The position numbers and the translations under genes were made by a program. DNA of 64,000 nucleotides from a virus (lineage: Duplodnaviria; Heunggongvirae; Uroviricota; Caudoviricetes), in IMG/VR virus record IMGVR_UViG_3300022468_000286; one strand, 5' to 3'. Below are positions 10,091 through 18,980 of the stretch, one piece after another; the first letter of the stretch is position 1; every line of letters begins with the position of its first letter. Under the pieces are notes generated by a model, which saw nothing but the letters and a program-made list of their open reading frames with translations, had not been told where the DNA came from and made no database searches.

Positions 10091-10112
10091 GGGGCTTCGG
10101 CCCCTTTCTTTT
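10091..10112 (+). terminator. Intrinsic terminator (ggggc-UUCG-gcccc + T-run)
   Basis: GC stem with UUCG loop followed by tttcttttaaa. Confidence 0.5.
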
Positions 10113-10122
10113 AAAGGAAATT

Positions 10123-11022
10123 ATGAAAGTAATCAAACCAGTCACTTTTACTGCTGCAATGTTAACTAGCACAAATGCTACAGAAACAGTAGCAGCTTGG
10201 AATAGTGCAACCACTTATGCTAAAGATCAGGAAGTTGATTATGCTAACTCTATTTATGTTAGCTTACAACCCTCTAACTTGAATAAACAACCGGACTTGA
10301 CTGCTAATGCTGCATGGTGGATCAGGAAAAGTTCAAATAATAAATACTCGATGTTTGACGAGTTTGTAAACACTCAAACAACAAGAAACAGTTCCTTGCA
10401 AGTAAAGTTTACCCCCGGAACTATTATTAATTCCTTAGCTCTGTTTAACCTAACAGGAGCTACTTCTTTAAATGTCTCAATTACTGACGGTCCAACTGGA
10501 CCTGTTTATTATGACAAGACAGTTAACCTAGACGATACCAGTATCATTGACTGGTACATGTATTTCTTTGAACCTTATGATGTTTTATCAGAGGTTATCC
10601 TAGACGGAATTCCCCCTTACTCTTCTGGTGTTGTGACTCTTACCTTAACTGGTGGTTCTGGTGCTGTCGGTGTAGGTAATTGCGTATTTGGAAATATGTA
10701 CACTATTGGTCTTACTCAGTATGGTGCTTCTGCTGGTATTCGAGATTACTCAGCTAAAGAGGCTAATCAATTCGGTATTACCAGTCTTGTACGTAGAGCT
10801 TTTAGCAAAAGAATGGAATCAACGATGTTTGTGCCTACGGAGAATATCCGTGTTGTTCGCAAGCTCCTTGAAGACCTCCGTGCAACCCCTGCGGTATGGC
10901 TTGGTACAGATTCTACGGATTATGATTCGCTGAATGTGTACGGGTATTATCGAGATTTTAATATTGAAATTACATATCCTTCTTATAGCCTGTGTAGGCT
11001 TGAAATCGAAGGCTTAATCTAA
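10123..11022 (+). CDS. Minor tail / tail tip protein (putative distal tail protein)
   Basis: 299 aa, the first gene after the tape measure. Assignment is by position; no diagnostic motif recognised. Confidence 0.35.
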   Translation: MKVIKPVTFTAAMLTSTNATETVAAWNSATTYAKDQEVDYANSIYVSLQPSNLNKQPDLTANAAWWIRKSSNNKYSMFDEFVNTQTTRNSSLQVKFTPGTIINSLALFNLTGATSLNVSITDGPTGPVYYDKTVNLDDTSIIDWYMYFFEPYDVLSEVILDGIPPYSSGVVTLTLTGGSGAVGVGNCVFGNMYTIGLTQYGASAGIRDYSAKEANQFGITSLVRRAFSKRMESTMFVPTENIRVVRKLLEDLRATPAVWLGTDSTDYDSLNVYGYYRDFNIEITYPSYSLCRLEIEGLI

Positions 11023-11031
11023 AGGATAAAT

Positions 11032-11703
11032 ATGACAGTCATTACTGCATTACCAATACCACCAACACGTTCTGATCCTAGTACTTTTGCAGCTAGGTCA
11101 GATACTTTCCTTACTGCATTACCTACGTTTGCCACAGAGACTAATCTAGTAGCAGCGGAAGTAAACGCCGATGCCGCCTCCGCTGCTGTATCTGCGACTA
11201 ATGCTAACGCAAGTAAATTAGCAGCACAACAAAGCGAAATAGCCGCTGCTGCATCTGTATCTGCTGCCGCAGCAGCCGCTGGCGCTGTTAAGTGGGTATC
11301 TGGCACTACATATGCTGAGGGAGTTGTTGTATGGAGCCCCTTGACATTTTTCAATTATAGGCGTAAAATAGCAGGAGCTGGTACAACTGATCCTTCGCAG
11401 GACAGTACTAACTGGTTCTTGATTGGTGCGCCGCTGGCAATGCCTCAGCAATATGTCAGTACTAGTATTACAGTATCACCGGGAGTACATTACATCCTGA
11501 CTGCGCCTGTAACCATTACTTTCCCTGCTTCACCACAGGAACGTGACGTGATTATGATCACTGACCTTTCGAATTCAGGCGCTTGCTTGGTTAATCCTAA
11601 TGGTAAAAAGATTCGTAATGATAGCACAGTTATGAAGCTTAACGCTAGGTTCATGCAGAAAGCCTTTTACTATACAACAGATGCTGCACAAGGATGGATT
11701 TAA
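11032..11703 (+). CDS. Tail fibre protein, N-terminal anchor domain
   Basis: 223 aa. The N-terminus ITALPIPPTRSDPSTFAARSDTFLTALPTFATETN is typical of conserved phage tail-fibre N-terminal domains. An Ala-rich coiled segment follows. Confidence 0.5.
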   Translation: MTVITALPIPPTRSDPSTFAARSDTFLTALPTFATETNLVAAEVNADAASAAVSATNANASKLAAQQSEIAAAASVSAAAAAAGAVKWVSGTTYAEGVVVWSPLTFFNYRRKIAGAGTTDPSQDSTNWFLIGAPLAMPQQYVSTSITVSPGVHYILTAPVTITFPASPQERDVIMITDLSNSGACLVNPNGKKIRNDSTVMKLNARFMQKAFYYTTDAAQGWI

Positions 11704-11706
11704 TCT

Positions 11707-12897
11707 ATGAGTAATTTTACTACACTATATAACACTGCAGGATTGCCTACTGGTACGATTGTTCGTGGTCGGATCAACGATCCAACTTGGCTACCTATGA
11801 ATGGTGGGCTGTACCTGAAGGCTGACTATCCTGAGTTAGACACTTCGCAGTATTTGACGTTTGGGAATAATACAGTTCAGACTGCTACTGGCACTGTAAT
11901 TATGCAAGGAACTGACCTTCAATCTTTTGCGCACAATGCAGATTATAGTAGGCTTGTCTTTTGCGATACTTCCGGGAGTGCTTGCAGAAGCACAGACGGA
12001 GGATTGACATGGAGTAATTTTACCGTTTCAGGTATTACTCCAATCTCAGGCATCAGTTTTGTAAACGGTCAGTTTGTAGCTTATAACCAAACATCTTTTG
12101 CTACGTCTACCGATTTAACTACATGGTCAGCCAGTGCGGCTTGGTCTTTCCCGTCTGGTCTACAAACCATTCACATTCTAGAATATTTTAATGGTTTGTA
12201 CATTGTTTTCGGCGTGCCGAACACAACAGGCCAGTTTGGAATTTATACGTCCGCAACTTTAACGGGAGGTTCATTTACCGGTAGATGGTCTGGAATTGAT
12301 CTCGGAACAAATTTTGTACCTTTGGCAAATAATAACCTCCGGAGAGGGGTTGTAAACGGATCGTTGTTGCGCGTCGGGCGTGGTGCTGGCACGCAGATGT
12401 TTGTCAGCACAATGGATGGTATTAATTTTAACTCCAGTTCTTTTCCTGTGACGGCGCCTATTGCGCCAAACAATACAAATATCACATCGTCCGGTTTTTC
12501 TACATCTAAAGATGGAGCTTTAATAGCCTACTCACAAGGCGCAGCAGAGTTCGGAGGGGACACTTTAGTCCGAGTATTTATCCCTTATAACCAGTCACGA
12601 CTGGTTAATTTCGGGAACTTGTTTGCGCACTATGCAGTGGGAGCCACTACTGCAGACCGACTACTTGTGAGTGAATCAAAGTATTATCTTCCTAATGTGT
12701 ATTCAGAAGTTTTACCGGCAGGTTCCAGTGCAGGTCATCGTTGCGCTTTTACGCCTACAAGGCTAATTATTGTTCCATCAAACGGGGCAAGCTCAAACAG
12801 TGTCTACTATCTGAACATTGATACAGCAAGATTCAGATTAGAACGTCCGTTTATTGACGGGCACTTCGTAGATGACGCATATATCAAAGCAGCATAA
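11707..12897 (+). CDS. Tail fibre receptor-binding protein with BNR/Asp-box repeats (sialidase-like beta-propeller)
   Basis: 396 aa. There is a perfect Asp-box STDGGLTWSNF plus degenerate copies (STDLTTWS, SKDGALIAYS). Its start is 4 nt after the fibre N-terminal gene. Confidence 0.5.
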   Translation: MSNFTTLYNTAGLPTGTIVRGRINDPTWLPMNGGLYLKADYPELDTSQYLTFGNNTVQTATGTVIMQGTDLQSFAHNADYSRLVFCDTSGSACRSTDGGLTWSNFTVSGITPISGISFVNGQFVAYNQTSFATSTDLTTWSASAAWSFPSGLQTIHILEYFNGLYIVFGVPNTTGQFGIYTSATLTGGSFTGRWSGIDLGTNFVPLANNNLRRGVVNGSLLRVGRGAGTQMFVSTMDGINFNSSSFPVTAPIAPNNTNITSSGFSTSKDGALIAYSQGAAEFGGDTLVRVFIPYNQSRLVNFGNLFAHYAVGATTADRLLVSESKYYLPNVYSEVLPAGSSAGHRCAFTPTRLIIVPSNGASSNSVYYLNIDTARFRLERPFIDGHFVDDAYIKAA

Positions 12898-12907
12898 AGG
12901 ATAAACA

Positions 12908-13354
12908 ATGGCTTATTATGATAATCAAGGATTCTACACTACTCAAGTGCTAGAAGGAAGATTCACAGAGATTGAACCAGTAGGCGCAGCACCAGAAGGT
13001 TTAGGATGGAACTGGACAGGTTACGAATGGAGGCTGCAAAGCCTTCCTACGCCGCCTGTTCCACCCACACCGGCACCTTGGCATTGGTTGATTGATATTG
13101 GCCCCTTCTTTGACCGTTTTGGTGCTGCCAAGATGGCAGTGCTGACGAGTGCTGATGTGGGTGTTCAGGCAATCCTGAAGGACACTCAAATCCGTAAATG
13201 GCTAGACCTGAAGCTCCCAGAGGTAGCTCAATCTATTGCTTATGTCGGAAGTAAAGTACCAGCAGTTACACCAGCATTGCAGCAAAGTATTCTGAATACT
13301 CCAGTGCAAGATGCTGAGAATCTAGCTTTACGTAAACTATATTTTAACCAATAG
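12908..13354 (+). CDS. Tail fibre assembly/chaperone protein (putative)
   Basis: 148 aa, immediately downstream of the fibre genes. It has a Pro-rich central segment. Assignment is by position. Confidence 0.25.
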   Translation: MAYYDNQGFYTTQVLEGRFTEIEPVGAAPEGLGWNWTGYEWRLQSLPTPPVPPTPAPWHWLIDIGPFFDRFGAAKMAVLTSADVGVQAILKDTQIRKWLDLKLPEVAQSIAYVGSKVPAVTPALQQSILNTPVQDAENLALRKLYFNQ

Positions 13355-13362
13355 GAAATAAA

Positions 13363-13896
13363 ATGAAACTAGCCTCATATAAAGGAATTCGTTCTGGTAT
13401 TATGGGGTTAGGTAGTCACTTGATTCGCTGGAGGCTCAACGATGTATACAGTCATTCTGAAATCATCTTTGAGCCCGGCGATGGGGTTGATCACCTAATG
13501 CCTGATGGAACAACAGAACCACAAGAGGGATATTACTGGGCGGTTAGCAGCACTGGACTTGAAAAGATTCCTAGCTGGTCTAATCGTAGAGCAGGGAAAA
13601 CTGGCGGTGTAAGATTCAAGCGTATTAAGTTTGAAGATGCTAAGTGGGATATTCAAGACTTACCTTCTAAGCATTTTGATGCAGTCAAGGTCGCTAAACT
13701 CGCTCGTAGAATTGAAGGTGCTCTTTATGATTGGCAACTGATTCTGGGATTTATTGCTTTCTTTATTCCTAATAAGAAGAGCAGATTCATGTGCAGCGAA
13801 GTCTGTGCTTATCTTCTGGAATACTCTGCTTCTGAAAGATACGATCCTAGTAATCTCCACAGCTTTACAGATACTCTTCTAAGGTGGCTCAAATGA
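13363..13896 (+). CDS. Hypothetical protein (possible permuted papain-fold peptidase, His...Cys)
   Basis: 177 aa with conserved-looking His (YSHSEIIF) and Cys (CSEVCAYLL) residues. Weak. Confidence 0.2.
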   Translation: MKLASYKGIRSGIMGLGSHLIRWRLNDVYSHSEIIFEPGDGVDHLMPDGTTEPQEGYYWAVSSTGLEKIPSWSNRRAGKTGGVRFKRIKFEDAKWDIQDLPSKHFDAVKVAKLARRIEGALYDWQLILGFIAFFIPNKKSRFMCSEVCAYLLEYSASERYDPSNLHSFTDTLLRWLK

Positions 13897-14642
13897 TTTG
13901 GGTTGCCTTATTAGTATTTTTGCTTTTACTTCCGGGGCTGGTAATCTTTACATTAACTACCATTGCCCTTTACGGTAAAAAGCCCTACGAGCTTCTAGAA
14001 CAAAGTACAATCCCTGAAGAGGATAAGATTAAAGCAAAAGAGAGTTTTAATGAAACCAAACGCAGGTGCAGGAAAATTACATTCTATGATTGTACTGCAC
14101 CTTACGTCATGTTATTTGTACTTCCTTTTGTAAAATGGGAAGCAGAAGAGCTACCTAAGTTCTTTCACAAATGGAACAATGAGTTTAGCCTTAATGGAGA
14201 TAGAACCTACTGGTCAGAAGACGGTAAACGCCTTCGTGTACCTTTAGAGGATACTCCAGAAGCTAGAGCATTGTGCTATTACGCTGAAGGGCATCACCCT
14301 AGAAGTTTCTGGGCCAGATACGTGTGGCTTGGCTGGAGGAATAGAGCAAGCCTAGCATCTTACGAAGAAGGCTTTGAAATGACACCAGAACTAAAAGCTT
14401 CGCATGTTTACTGGGGAGATATCAAAGTAGGTGAAAGAGTGAATGGAGAAATCACAGAGGGAGTGCTTATCCGCAGATGCGGAGAGTATTACGAACTCTA
14501 CAGTATCAAGGTACTGAACAATAAAATTGAACGCATACGCTTCGGGTATAAGATTGGTAATGCAGTTAGCGAGAATTCTGAGTTTAAGCGTGCTATGGTG
14601 GTAGGCATCGGATTGTCGTATAAGAGATATAAGAAAGAATAA
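13884..14642 (+). CDS. Membrane-anchored hypothetical protein
   Basis: 252 aa with an N-terminal ~28-aa hydrophobic segment (IWVALLVFLLLLPGLVIFTLTTIALY). Confidence 0.3.
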   Translation: MAQMIWVALLVFLLLLPGLVIFTLTTIALYGKKPYELLEQSTIPEEDKIKAKESFNETKRRCRKITFYDCTAPYVMLFVLPFVKWEAEELPKFFHKWNNEFSLNGDRTYWSEDGKRLRVPLEDTPEARALCYYAEGHHPRSFWARYVWLGWRNRASLASYEEGFEMTPELKASHVYWGDIKVGERVNGEITEGVLIRRCGEYYELYSIKVLNNKIERIRFGYKIGNAVSENSEFKRAMVVGIGLSYKRYKKE

Positions 14643-14647
14643 GTGTA

Positions 14648-15004
14648 ATGCAAAGAAATGATGATGCTACTATTCAAGTAATCGCAGAACGTATTAATTC
14701 CATGCAGAATGACGTTAGCGACCTTAGAGATACCATGAGGGACAGTATGAAAGAAATGTCTGCTGCAGTTACTAAGCTGGTTCAGATGGAAGAGAGACAG
14801 ATTTACATGAATCAGTCTTACGAACGTCTAGCTAATACTCTTGATAAAATGCAAGCCGGTACTGACGTACTGGAAAAACGTATTGATAACCTTGAAAAAG
14901 AACTTCCACTGATGAAGCAAGCCACTAAATGGGTTTATGCTGCTGTGTGGGCTGTGGTTGCTGCTGCTGCAACTTTTGCTGCCAAAACTATTGGTATTTT
15001 ATAA
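14648..15004 (+). CDS. Holin-like / lysis-associated membrane protein (coiled-coil N-terminus, single C-terminal TMD)
   Basis: 118 aa. The C-terminal TMD is WVYAAVWAVVAAAATFAAKTIGIL. It lies immediately upstream of the endolysin. Confidence 0.35.
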   Translation: MQRNDDATIQVIAERINSMQNDVSDLRDTMRDSMKEMSAAVTKLVQMEERQIYMNQSYERLANTLDKMQAGTDVLEKRIDNLEKELPLMKQATKWVYAAVWAVVAAAATFAAKTIGIL

Positions 15005-15017
15005 TAGGAAACCAGCC

Positions 15018-15557
15018 ATGTCAAAGACTAAATATTTTCCGCACTTGGCTGGTTCTCTAGTACTAGCCGCTGCGGCTGCTACAGGAATTCTACACAAGTG
15101 GGAACCTGATAAATCTTCTCCTGAAGCTCACCTTTATGTTTATGAGGATAAGCTTGCTTCAGGAATCCTCACTGTATGTTCAGGATTAACCAATGCTGTA
15201 AGCTCTAAGAGACTCGTGAAGGGTGATAAGTGGACACAGACAGAATGCGACAAGAACGAAGAAATAGCCCTCAGCGCCTTGCAAGAGAAACTTGCGATGT
15301 GCTTTAAGGTTCTTCCTCCGCAATCAGTCTTTGACGCTGCCACATCCCATGCGTGGAACTTCGGAGTGAATAAGACTTGCGGTTCTGCCGCTATGCTGCA
15401 ATGGAATCAGAAGAACTACGTTCTCGGTTGTCAGCTAATCTCTTATCAGTATGACGGTACGACACCTAATTGGAGTTTTTCAGACGGGAAGTTTAGGATT
15501 GGGCTGCATAACCGCCGTAAAGATGAGACTAGACTTTGTTTGAGAGATGTGCAATGA
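15018..15557 (+). CDS. SAR endolysin, GH24 lysozyme (P21 R-like)
   Basis: 179 aa. The N-terminal SAR-type weakly hydrophobic segment is HLAGSLVLAAAAATGI. The catalytic E-x8-D-x5-T motif is present (EAHLYVYEDKLASGILTVCSGLT). There is an RBS agga upstream of ATG 15018, and the ORF-track start at 14937 is an upstream extension. Confidence 0.75.
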   Translation: MSKTKYFPHLAGSLVLAAAAATGILHKWEPDKSSPEAHLYVYEDKLASGILTVCSGLTNAVSSKRLVKGDKWTQTECDKNEEIALSALQEKLAMCFKVLPPQSVFDAATSHAWNFGVNKTCGSAAMLQWNQKNYVLGCQLISYQYDGTTPNWSFSDGKFRIGLHNRRKDETRLCLRDVQ

Positions 15558-16108
15558 ACGCTTTACTATCCTTTTTAGGAAATTGGCAAGTTAAGTTACT
15601 TCTTGTCTTTGTTCTAGTATTCAGTGCTGGCGTTTGGCACAAAGCTCAGGTAAAGATCGCAGTAAATAAAGCAGTAACTCAAGTAGTTTCTGATATTGAA
15701 ATCCAAAGTGCAAGAGAGCGTTTCAAACTCCTTGACAAAGCTAATGAAGAAAGCATAAGGCTTAAACTTCAATTAGAGAAAAACAAACAGGAAAAAGATT
15801 ATGAAATTCAAATTGCTAATACTAAGTACAGTAATCTTCTTGAGTGGGTGCGGAACTTACCAAGTGAAACCAGCAGTGGCAATAGCACCCTCAGTCCCGG
15901 AGATTCAGAAGCTAGAGCAGAAGAAGTTGTCGCGGAACTTCGTAGACGACATGCAAGTGATCTTGCAAGATATAGTTTTGACGCAGAAGAAGTAAAAGTA
16001 CATCTTGTGCAGTGCTACAAAGATTACGATGCTGCCAAGGCATCTATAGATAAATTCCTCAAAGAGAATGCTTCCAAAAGCCCCTATAAGGCTCAGGAAG
16101 GCTTATAA
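15554..16108 (+). CDS. i-spanin (Rz-like)
   Basis: The N-terminal TMD is followed by a coiled-coil periplasmic domain. It overlaps the endolysin stop (caATGa). An alternative start is 15536. Confidence 0.65.
   Translation: MNALLSFLGNWQVKLLLVFVLVFSAGVWHKAQVKIAVNKAVTQVVSDIEIQSARERFKLLDKANEESIRLKLQLEKNKQEKDYEIQIANTKYSNLLEWVRNLPSETSSGNSTLSPGDSEARAEEVVAELRRRHASDLARYSFDAEEVKVHLVQCYKDYDAAKASIDKFLKENASKSPYKAQEGL
15801..15995 (+). CDS. o-spanin (Rz1-like lipoprotein) embedded in the +1 frame of the i-spanin gene
   Basis: 64 aa with a signal peptide and lipobox LSGC. The mature domain is Pro-rich. It is fully embedded in 15554..16108. Confidence 0.75.
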   Translation: MKFKLLILSTVIFLSGCGTYQVKPAVAIAPSVPEIQKLEQKKLSRNFVDDMQVILQDIVLTQKK

Positions 16109-16144
16109 AAATACAACCCAAGGGCAGTAGTGCTTGGACGTAAT

Positions 16145-16190
16145 AAAACCCCTAGAAGGCCGTTAAAAGCTCTCTAGGGGTTTTTTTATT
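16145..16190. terminator. Bidirectional intrinsic terminator between the convergent + and - modules
   Basis: aaaacccctaga...tctaggggttttttt: an inverted repeat flanked by an A-run and a T-run. Confidence 0.6.
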
Positions 16191-16368
16191 TGATATTCAG
16201 AACGATCATCGGAAAAGTCTCTGTATCTTCTCCGCAAAGATTAGAACTGAAAGGTATCCAGTAGCCTTTATCATCTTTAGCTAGGTAACGCAAGCAGTCG
16301 TTCTTTCTGGTGCATTCTTCGTTTGTACAACGGCAGTAATCAAATGGAAGTAAAGGATTTGTTGTCAT
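16186..16368 (-). CDS. Small Cys-rich hypothetical protein
   Basis: 60 aa with CxC and further Cys residues. Confidence 0.3.
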   Translation of the reverse strand: MTTNPLLPFDYCRCTNEECTRKNDCLRYLAKDDKGYWIPFSSNLCGEDTETFPMIVLNIK

Positions 16369-16589
16369 TCTTTATTTCTCCACCAACCATCTCCTAAGTA
16401 TTCCCAATTCTTATGATAGTTAAAACACCATGCCTCATACATATGCATAAAGTGCAGGCAAGTTTCAGAAGTACCTTTAATGATGGTCATTATTAGAAAT
16501 CCAACAAAAACAATTGGACTTGTAACCCAAAATAGAATTTTCTTTAATTTCTGCATATCAAGTCCAAAGGCAACGGAAGTATTTACCAA
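16365..16589 (-). CDS. Small membrane protein
   Basis: 74 aa with one TMD (ILFWVTSPIVFVGFLIMTIIKG). Confidence 0.3.
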   Translation of the reverse strand: MVNTSVAFGLDMQKLKKILFWVTSPIVFVGFLIMTIIKGTSETCLHFMHMYEAWCFNYHKNWEYLGDGWWRNKE

Positions 16590-17031
16590 ACAGTCTCAAG
16601 GAATTCTTGATGCGTTCATTGTGCTTCTCAAGACCTTCGTAGTCAACGGTGATATTCTTCATCATGCTTGCTAGACTTTCTTGGCACTCAGCATCTTTAT
16701 TTTCATCTTTCCAAGAATAAAACTGCTCTTCAGATTCGAAGTGCGATACCTGTGCCATTCCCCAGATCATTTCTGATACTACAAACTCCCAACGCTGGAA
16801 AAAGAACTCATCCAAGTCCCAAGAGTTTTCCTTGGGTTTAGCTGAAGAACTTCTGATATGTTCGGGAACATCCTCATCATCTACTGATGGGGCACCCTTA
16901 ATCTCTTTCTGGTAAGCACACAATACAGGATGAATGATCCGAGCCAGAGTGTAATCTACGCTCCACAGGTCAGTCTTGCTGACTACAATCTGATCCTTTG
17001 TAGGTTCTTCAATGTCAATATTTACTTGCAT
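16558..17031 (-). CDS. Hypothetical acidic protein
   Basis: 157 aa ORF in the minus-strand operon. Confidence 0.3.
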   Translation of the reverse strand: MQVNIDIEEPTKDQIVVSKTDLWSVDYTLARIIHPVLCAYQKEIKGAPSVDDEDVPEHIRSSSAKPKENSWDLDEFFFQRWEFVVSEMIWGMAQVSHFESEEQFYSWKDENKDAECQESLASMMKNITVDYEGLEKHNERIKNSLRLFGKYFRCLWT

Positions 17032-17040
17032 ATTATCCTT

Positions 17041-17349
17041 TCAGTGAACTTGTCCGTTATAGAGGTGATGGTACTCAGGGAAGAACAATGTTTCGTTAGT
17101 TTTCTGAAACATGAAACCAAAGAAGTCATCCTTCAGTAAAGGGTGAGGAAAAGCATGCGTAGCTCCCTTCTGTACGTAGTACTGCATCTTTACCCACTCT
17201 GATCTGCAGGCACTACACGCTGCAGAGTATACAGCAAATAACTCTTCGGATTTAACTTTCTCGCAGATATCTTTCATGGCCTTGTAGCGTTGAAAGGTAT
17301 GTTCAAGAAATAAGTAATAGTCCGCCAGTATAACTACATCGTTAGTCAT
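17041..17349 (-). CDS. Hypothetical protein
   Basis: 102 aa ORF. Confidence 0.3.
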   Translation of the reverse strand: MTNDVVILADYYLFLEHTFQRYKAMKDICEKVKSEELFAVYSAACSACRSEWVKMQYYVQKGATHAFPHPLLKDDFFGFMFQKTNETLFFPEYHHLYNGQVH

Positions 17350-17372
17350 TAGTCTTCTGTTCCTTTAAGTAT

Positions 17373-18014
17373 TTACCCCCACTGCTCCCCCATAGCTTCA
17401 GCAATCCCTCGGTAGGTTTTTGATCGCTCAAGCCATCGGTTTTCTGATGGTGTTAGTCTGTTCTGTCCACTATCAGTTTGGTTGGCCCACCTCTTGTAGA
17501 CTTTACCATTCTTCTGAATCAATCTAGGCTCTATTATAGTCCCCTTTTGAAGAATTGGCAAGCCTTTTGTTAACCACAATCCTGTAGATTTACTTGCATC
17601 ATCCCCGAATTCCCAAGGTTGTATCACCTGATCTGGTTTTCTGATGGCAGTACTTATAAAAGATGGAGAGGGATTCTCGATACATACAGGGTAAGGTAAG
17701 TCTAGCAAGGCTTGAAAGTTCTCCAGAGCTTCTTTCTGAGCTTGCCTTCTTTCAGCACCCACCAAGGTTCCTTCCTTTACCTTCTGATGGTACGGACCAT
17801 CACCTAGAGCCCAAGCTGCACTTACGGTCAGGTACGTACACATAGGGTGTAGTATAGCCAAGTCCCAATCTTCCGTCAAGACTTCCCAGATATCGCACTG
17901 CAGATGATTAGGCCCATCAGATGCTCGAAGGTCGCAAGTATATGTATCATGCCCTTTGTTCTCAAATGCCTGCCTTGTTATTTGACAGGTTGAATATCCT
18001 ATTAGTACTTTCAT
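17373..18014 (-). CDS. Hypothetical protein with weak cytosine-C5 methyltransferase-like motifs
   Basis: 213 aa. The N-terminus MKVLIGYSTCQ, a PC-like HPMCTYL and an ENV-like CIENPS occur in C5-MTase order, but no FxGxG SAM loop is present. Confidence 0.25.
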   Translation of the reverse strand: MKVLIGYSTCQITRQAFENKGHDTYTCDLRASDGPNHLQCDIWEVLTEDWDLAILHPMCTYLTVSAAWALGDGPYHQKVKEGTLVGAERRQAQKEALENFQALLDLPYPVCIENPSPSFISTAIRKPDQVIQPWEFGDDASKSTGLWLTKGLPILQKGTIIEPRLIQKNGKVYKRWANQTDSGQNRLTPSENRWLERSKTYRGIAEAMGEQWG

Positions 18015-18039
18015 ATTTCTCCTTCAGATAGAGAAAAAC

Positions 18040-18068
18040 CTCCGAGGTATTTCCACGGAGGTTTCTTA
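18040..18068 (-). terminator. Intrinsic terminator (cctccg...cggagg)
   Basis: Hairpin plus T-run downstream of the thioredoxin gene on the minus strand. Confidence 0.45.
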
Positions 18069-18070
18069 GG

Positions 18071-18367
18071 TTAGAGCTTAAGCCAGTCTTTAATCTGCTG
18101 TACTGTCATGGTTCCAGTTCTTCGCAGCAGTTCATTTCCATTTTCATCATATAGAATCATGGTTGGAACTCCCTTGACCCCTAGTGCTTGAAGCTGAGTT
18201 CTCTCTAAGGAATCAATATCGACTTTCTCTAGGTCAATACCATAATCATCGAAGTTAATGCTTTCAAGAGATGCTTCCAGTGACTTGCACGGAGAACACC
18301 AGATGGCTCCGTATTTCTTTAAGTATTTCATAATTTCCTTACCAAGTTTGTTTCCAGAAAGGAACAC
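18071..18367 (-). CDS. Thioredoxin
   Basis: 98 aa with the CxxC active site WCSPC. Confidence 0.7.
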   Translation of the reverse strand: MFLSGNKLGKEIMKYLKKYGAIWCSPCKSLEASLESINFDDYGIDLEKVDIDSLERTQLQALGVKGVPTMILYDENGNELLRRTGTMTVQQIKDWLKL

Positions 18368-18980
18368 TAGGTTCCTTTACTGTGTTAAGCATCCAAAGAT
18401 ACAGCAATCTTATTTCATCAATTGATGCATTCCCTTTCAGCATATTAGCCCTATTAGATATAATCTGTATATTACCTTTCAAATACCCTTTAGTTGGATC
18501 AATACGATCAATTGAATAAGTCCAATCGTGGTCGCCATAGATAAACTCTCTATCAAAAACAGGACATTTTTCAGGTAGAACAATATCCTGCAATTCTAGA
18601 TCAAAATCTATCCCGTTCTTTTTAGCCCTTGATTTAGCCCTATTGTATATGCGCTTTTCGATTGATATCTCGACCCACTGCCTTTCCGACTTTTTACATT
18701 CTTTGCATCTGGAGGTGTCATATCCGGTAATGGTAGATTTATGTTTACTGAAGTGTGTTACAGATTTTTCAAAACCACAATTATTACATCTTAGTTTTGT
18801 TTTTTCACCGACAGGTTTCCTTCGTGTCATTTTACCTCGTAACGGGATATCCTCTAACTCAAGAATTTTATACAGCATATAAGTTGTCAAAGGAGGGGAG
18901 ACTAGCTCCCTGATCTTCAGAATATCCTCACCGGCTGTATAAGCTTGAATTATTTCTTTTCTTACCATGTCACTGAACAT
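18339..18980 (-). CDS. HNH homing endonuclease
   Basis: 213 aa with a Zn-finger CNNCG...CKEC and the HNH core YSIDRIDPTKGYLKGNIQIISNRAN. It is adjacent to the RNR gene. Confidence 0.65.
   Translation of the reverse strand: MFSDMVRKEIIQAYTAGEDILKIRELVSPPLTTYMLYKILELEDIPLRGKMTRRKPVGEKTKLRCNNCGFEKSVTHFSKHKSTITGYDTSRCKECKKSERQWVEISIEKRIYNRAKSRAKKNGIDFDLELQDIVLPEKCPVFDREFIYGDHDWTYSIDRIDPTKGYLKGNIQIISNRANMLKGNASIDEIRLLYLWMLNTVKEPSVPFWKQTW

Noticed and set aside
14937-15557. ORF-track start of the endolysin (14937) and similar N-extended calls (58880..59254, 60601..61236, 52497..53360, 51018..51401, 53489..53911)
   Set aside because: The extensions overlap upstream genes and lack an RBS. Internal ATG or GTG codons with an RBS immediately after the upstream stop are better starts.
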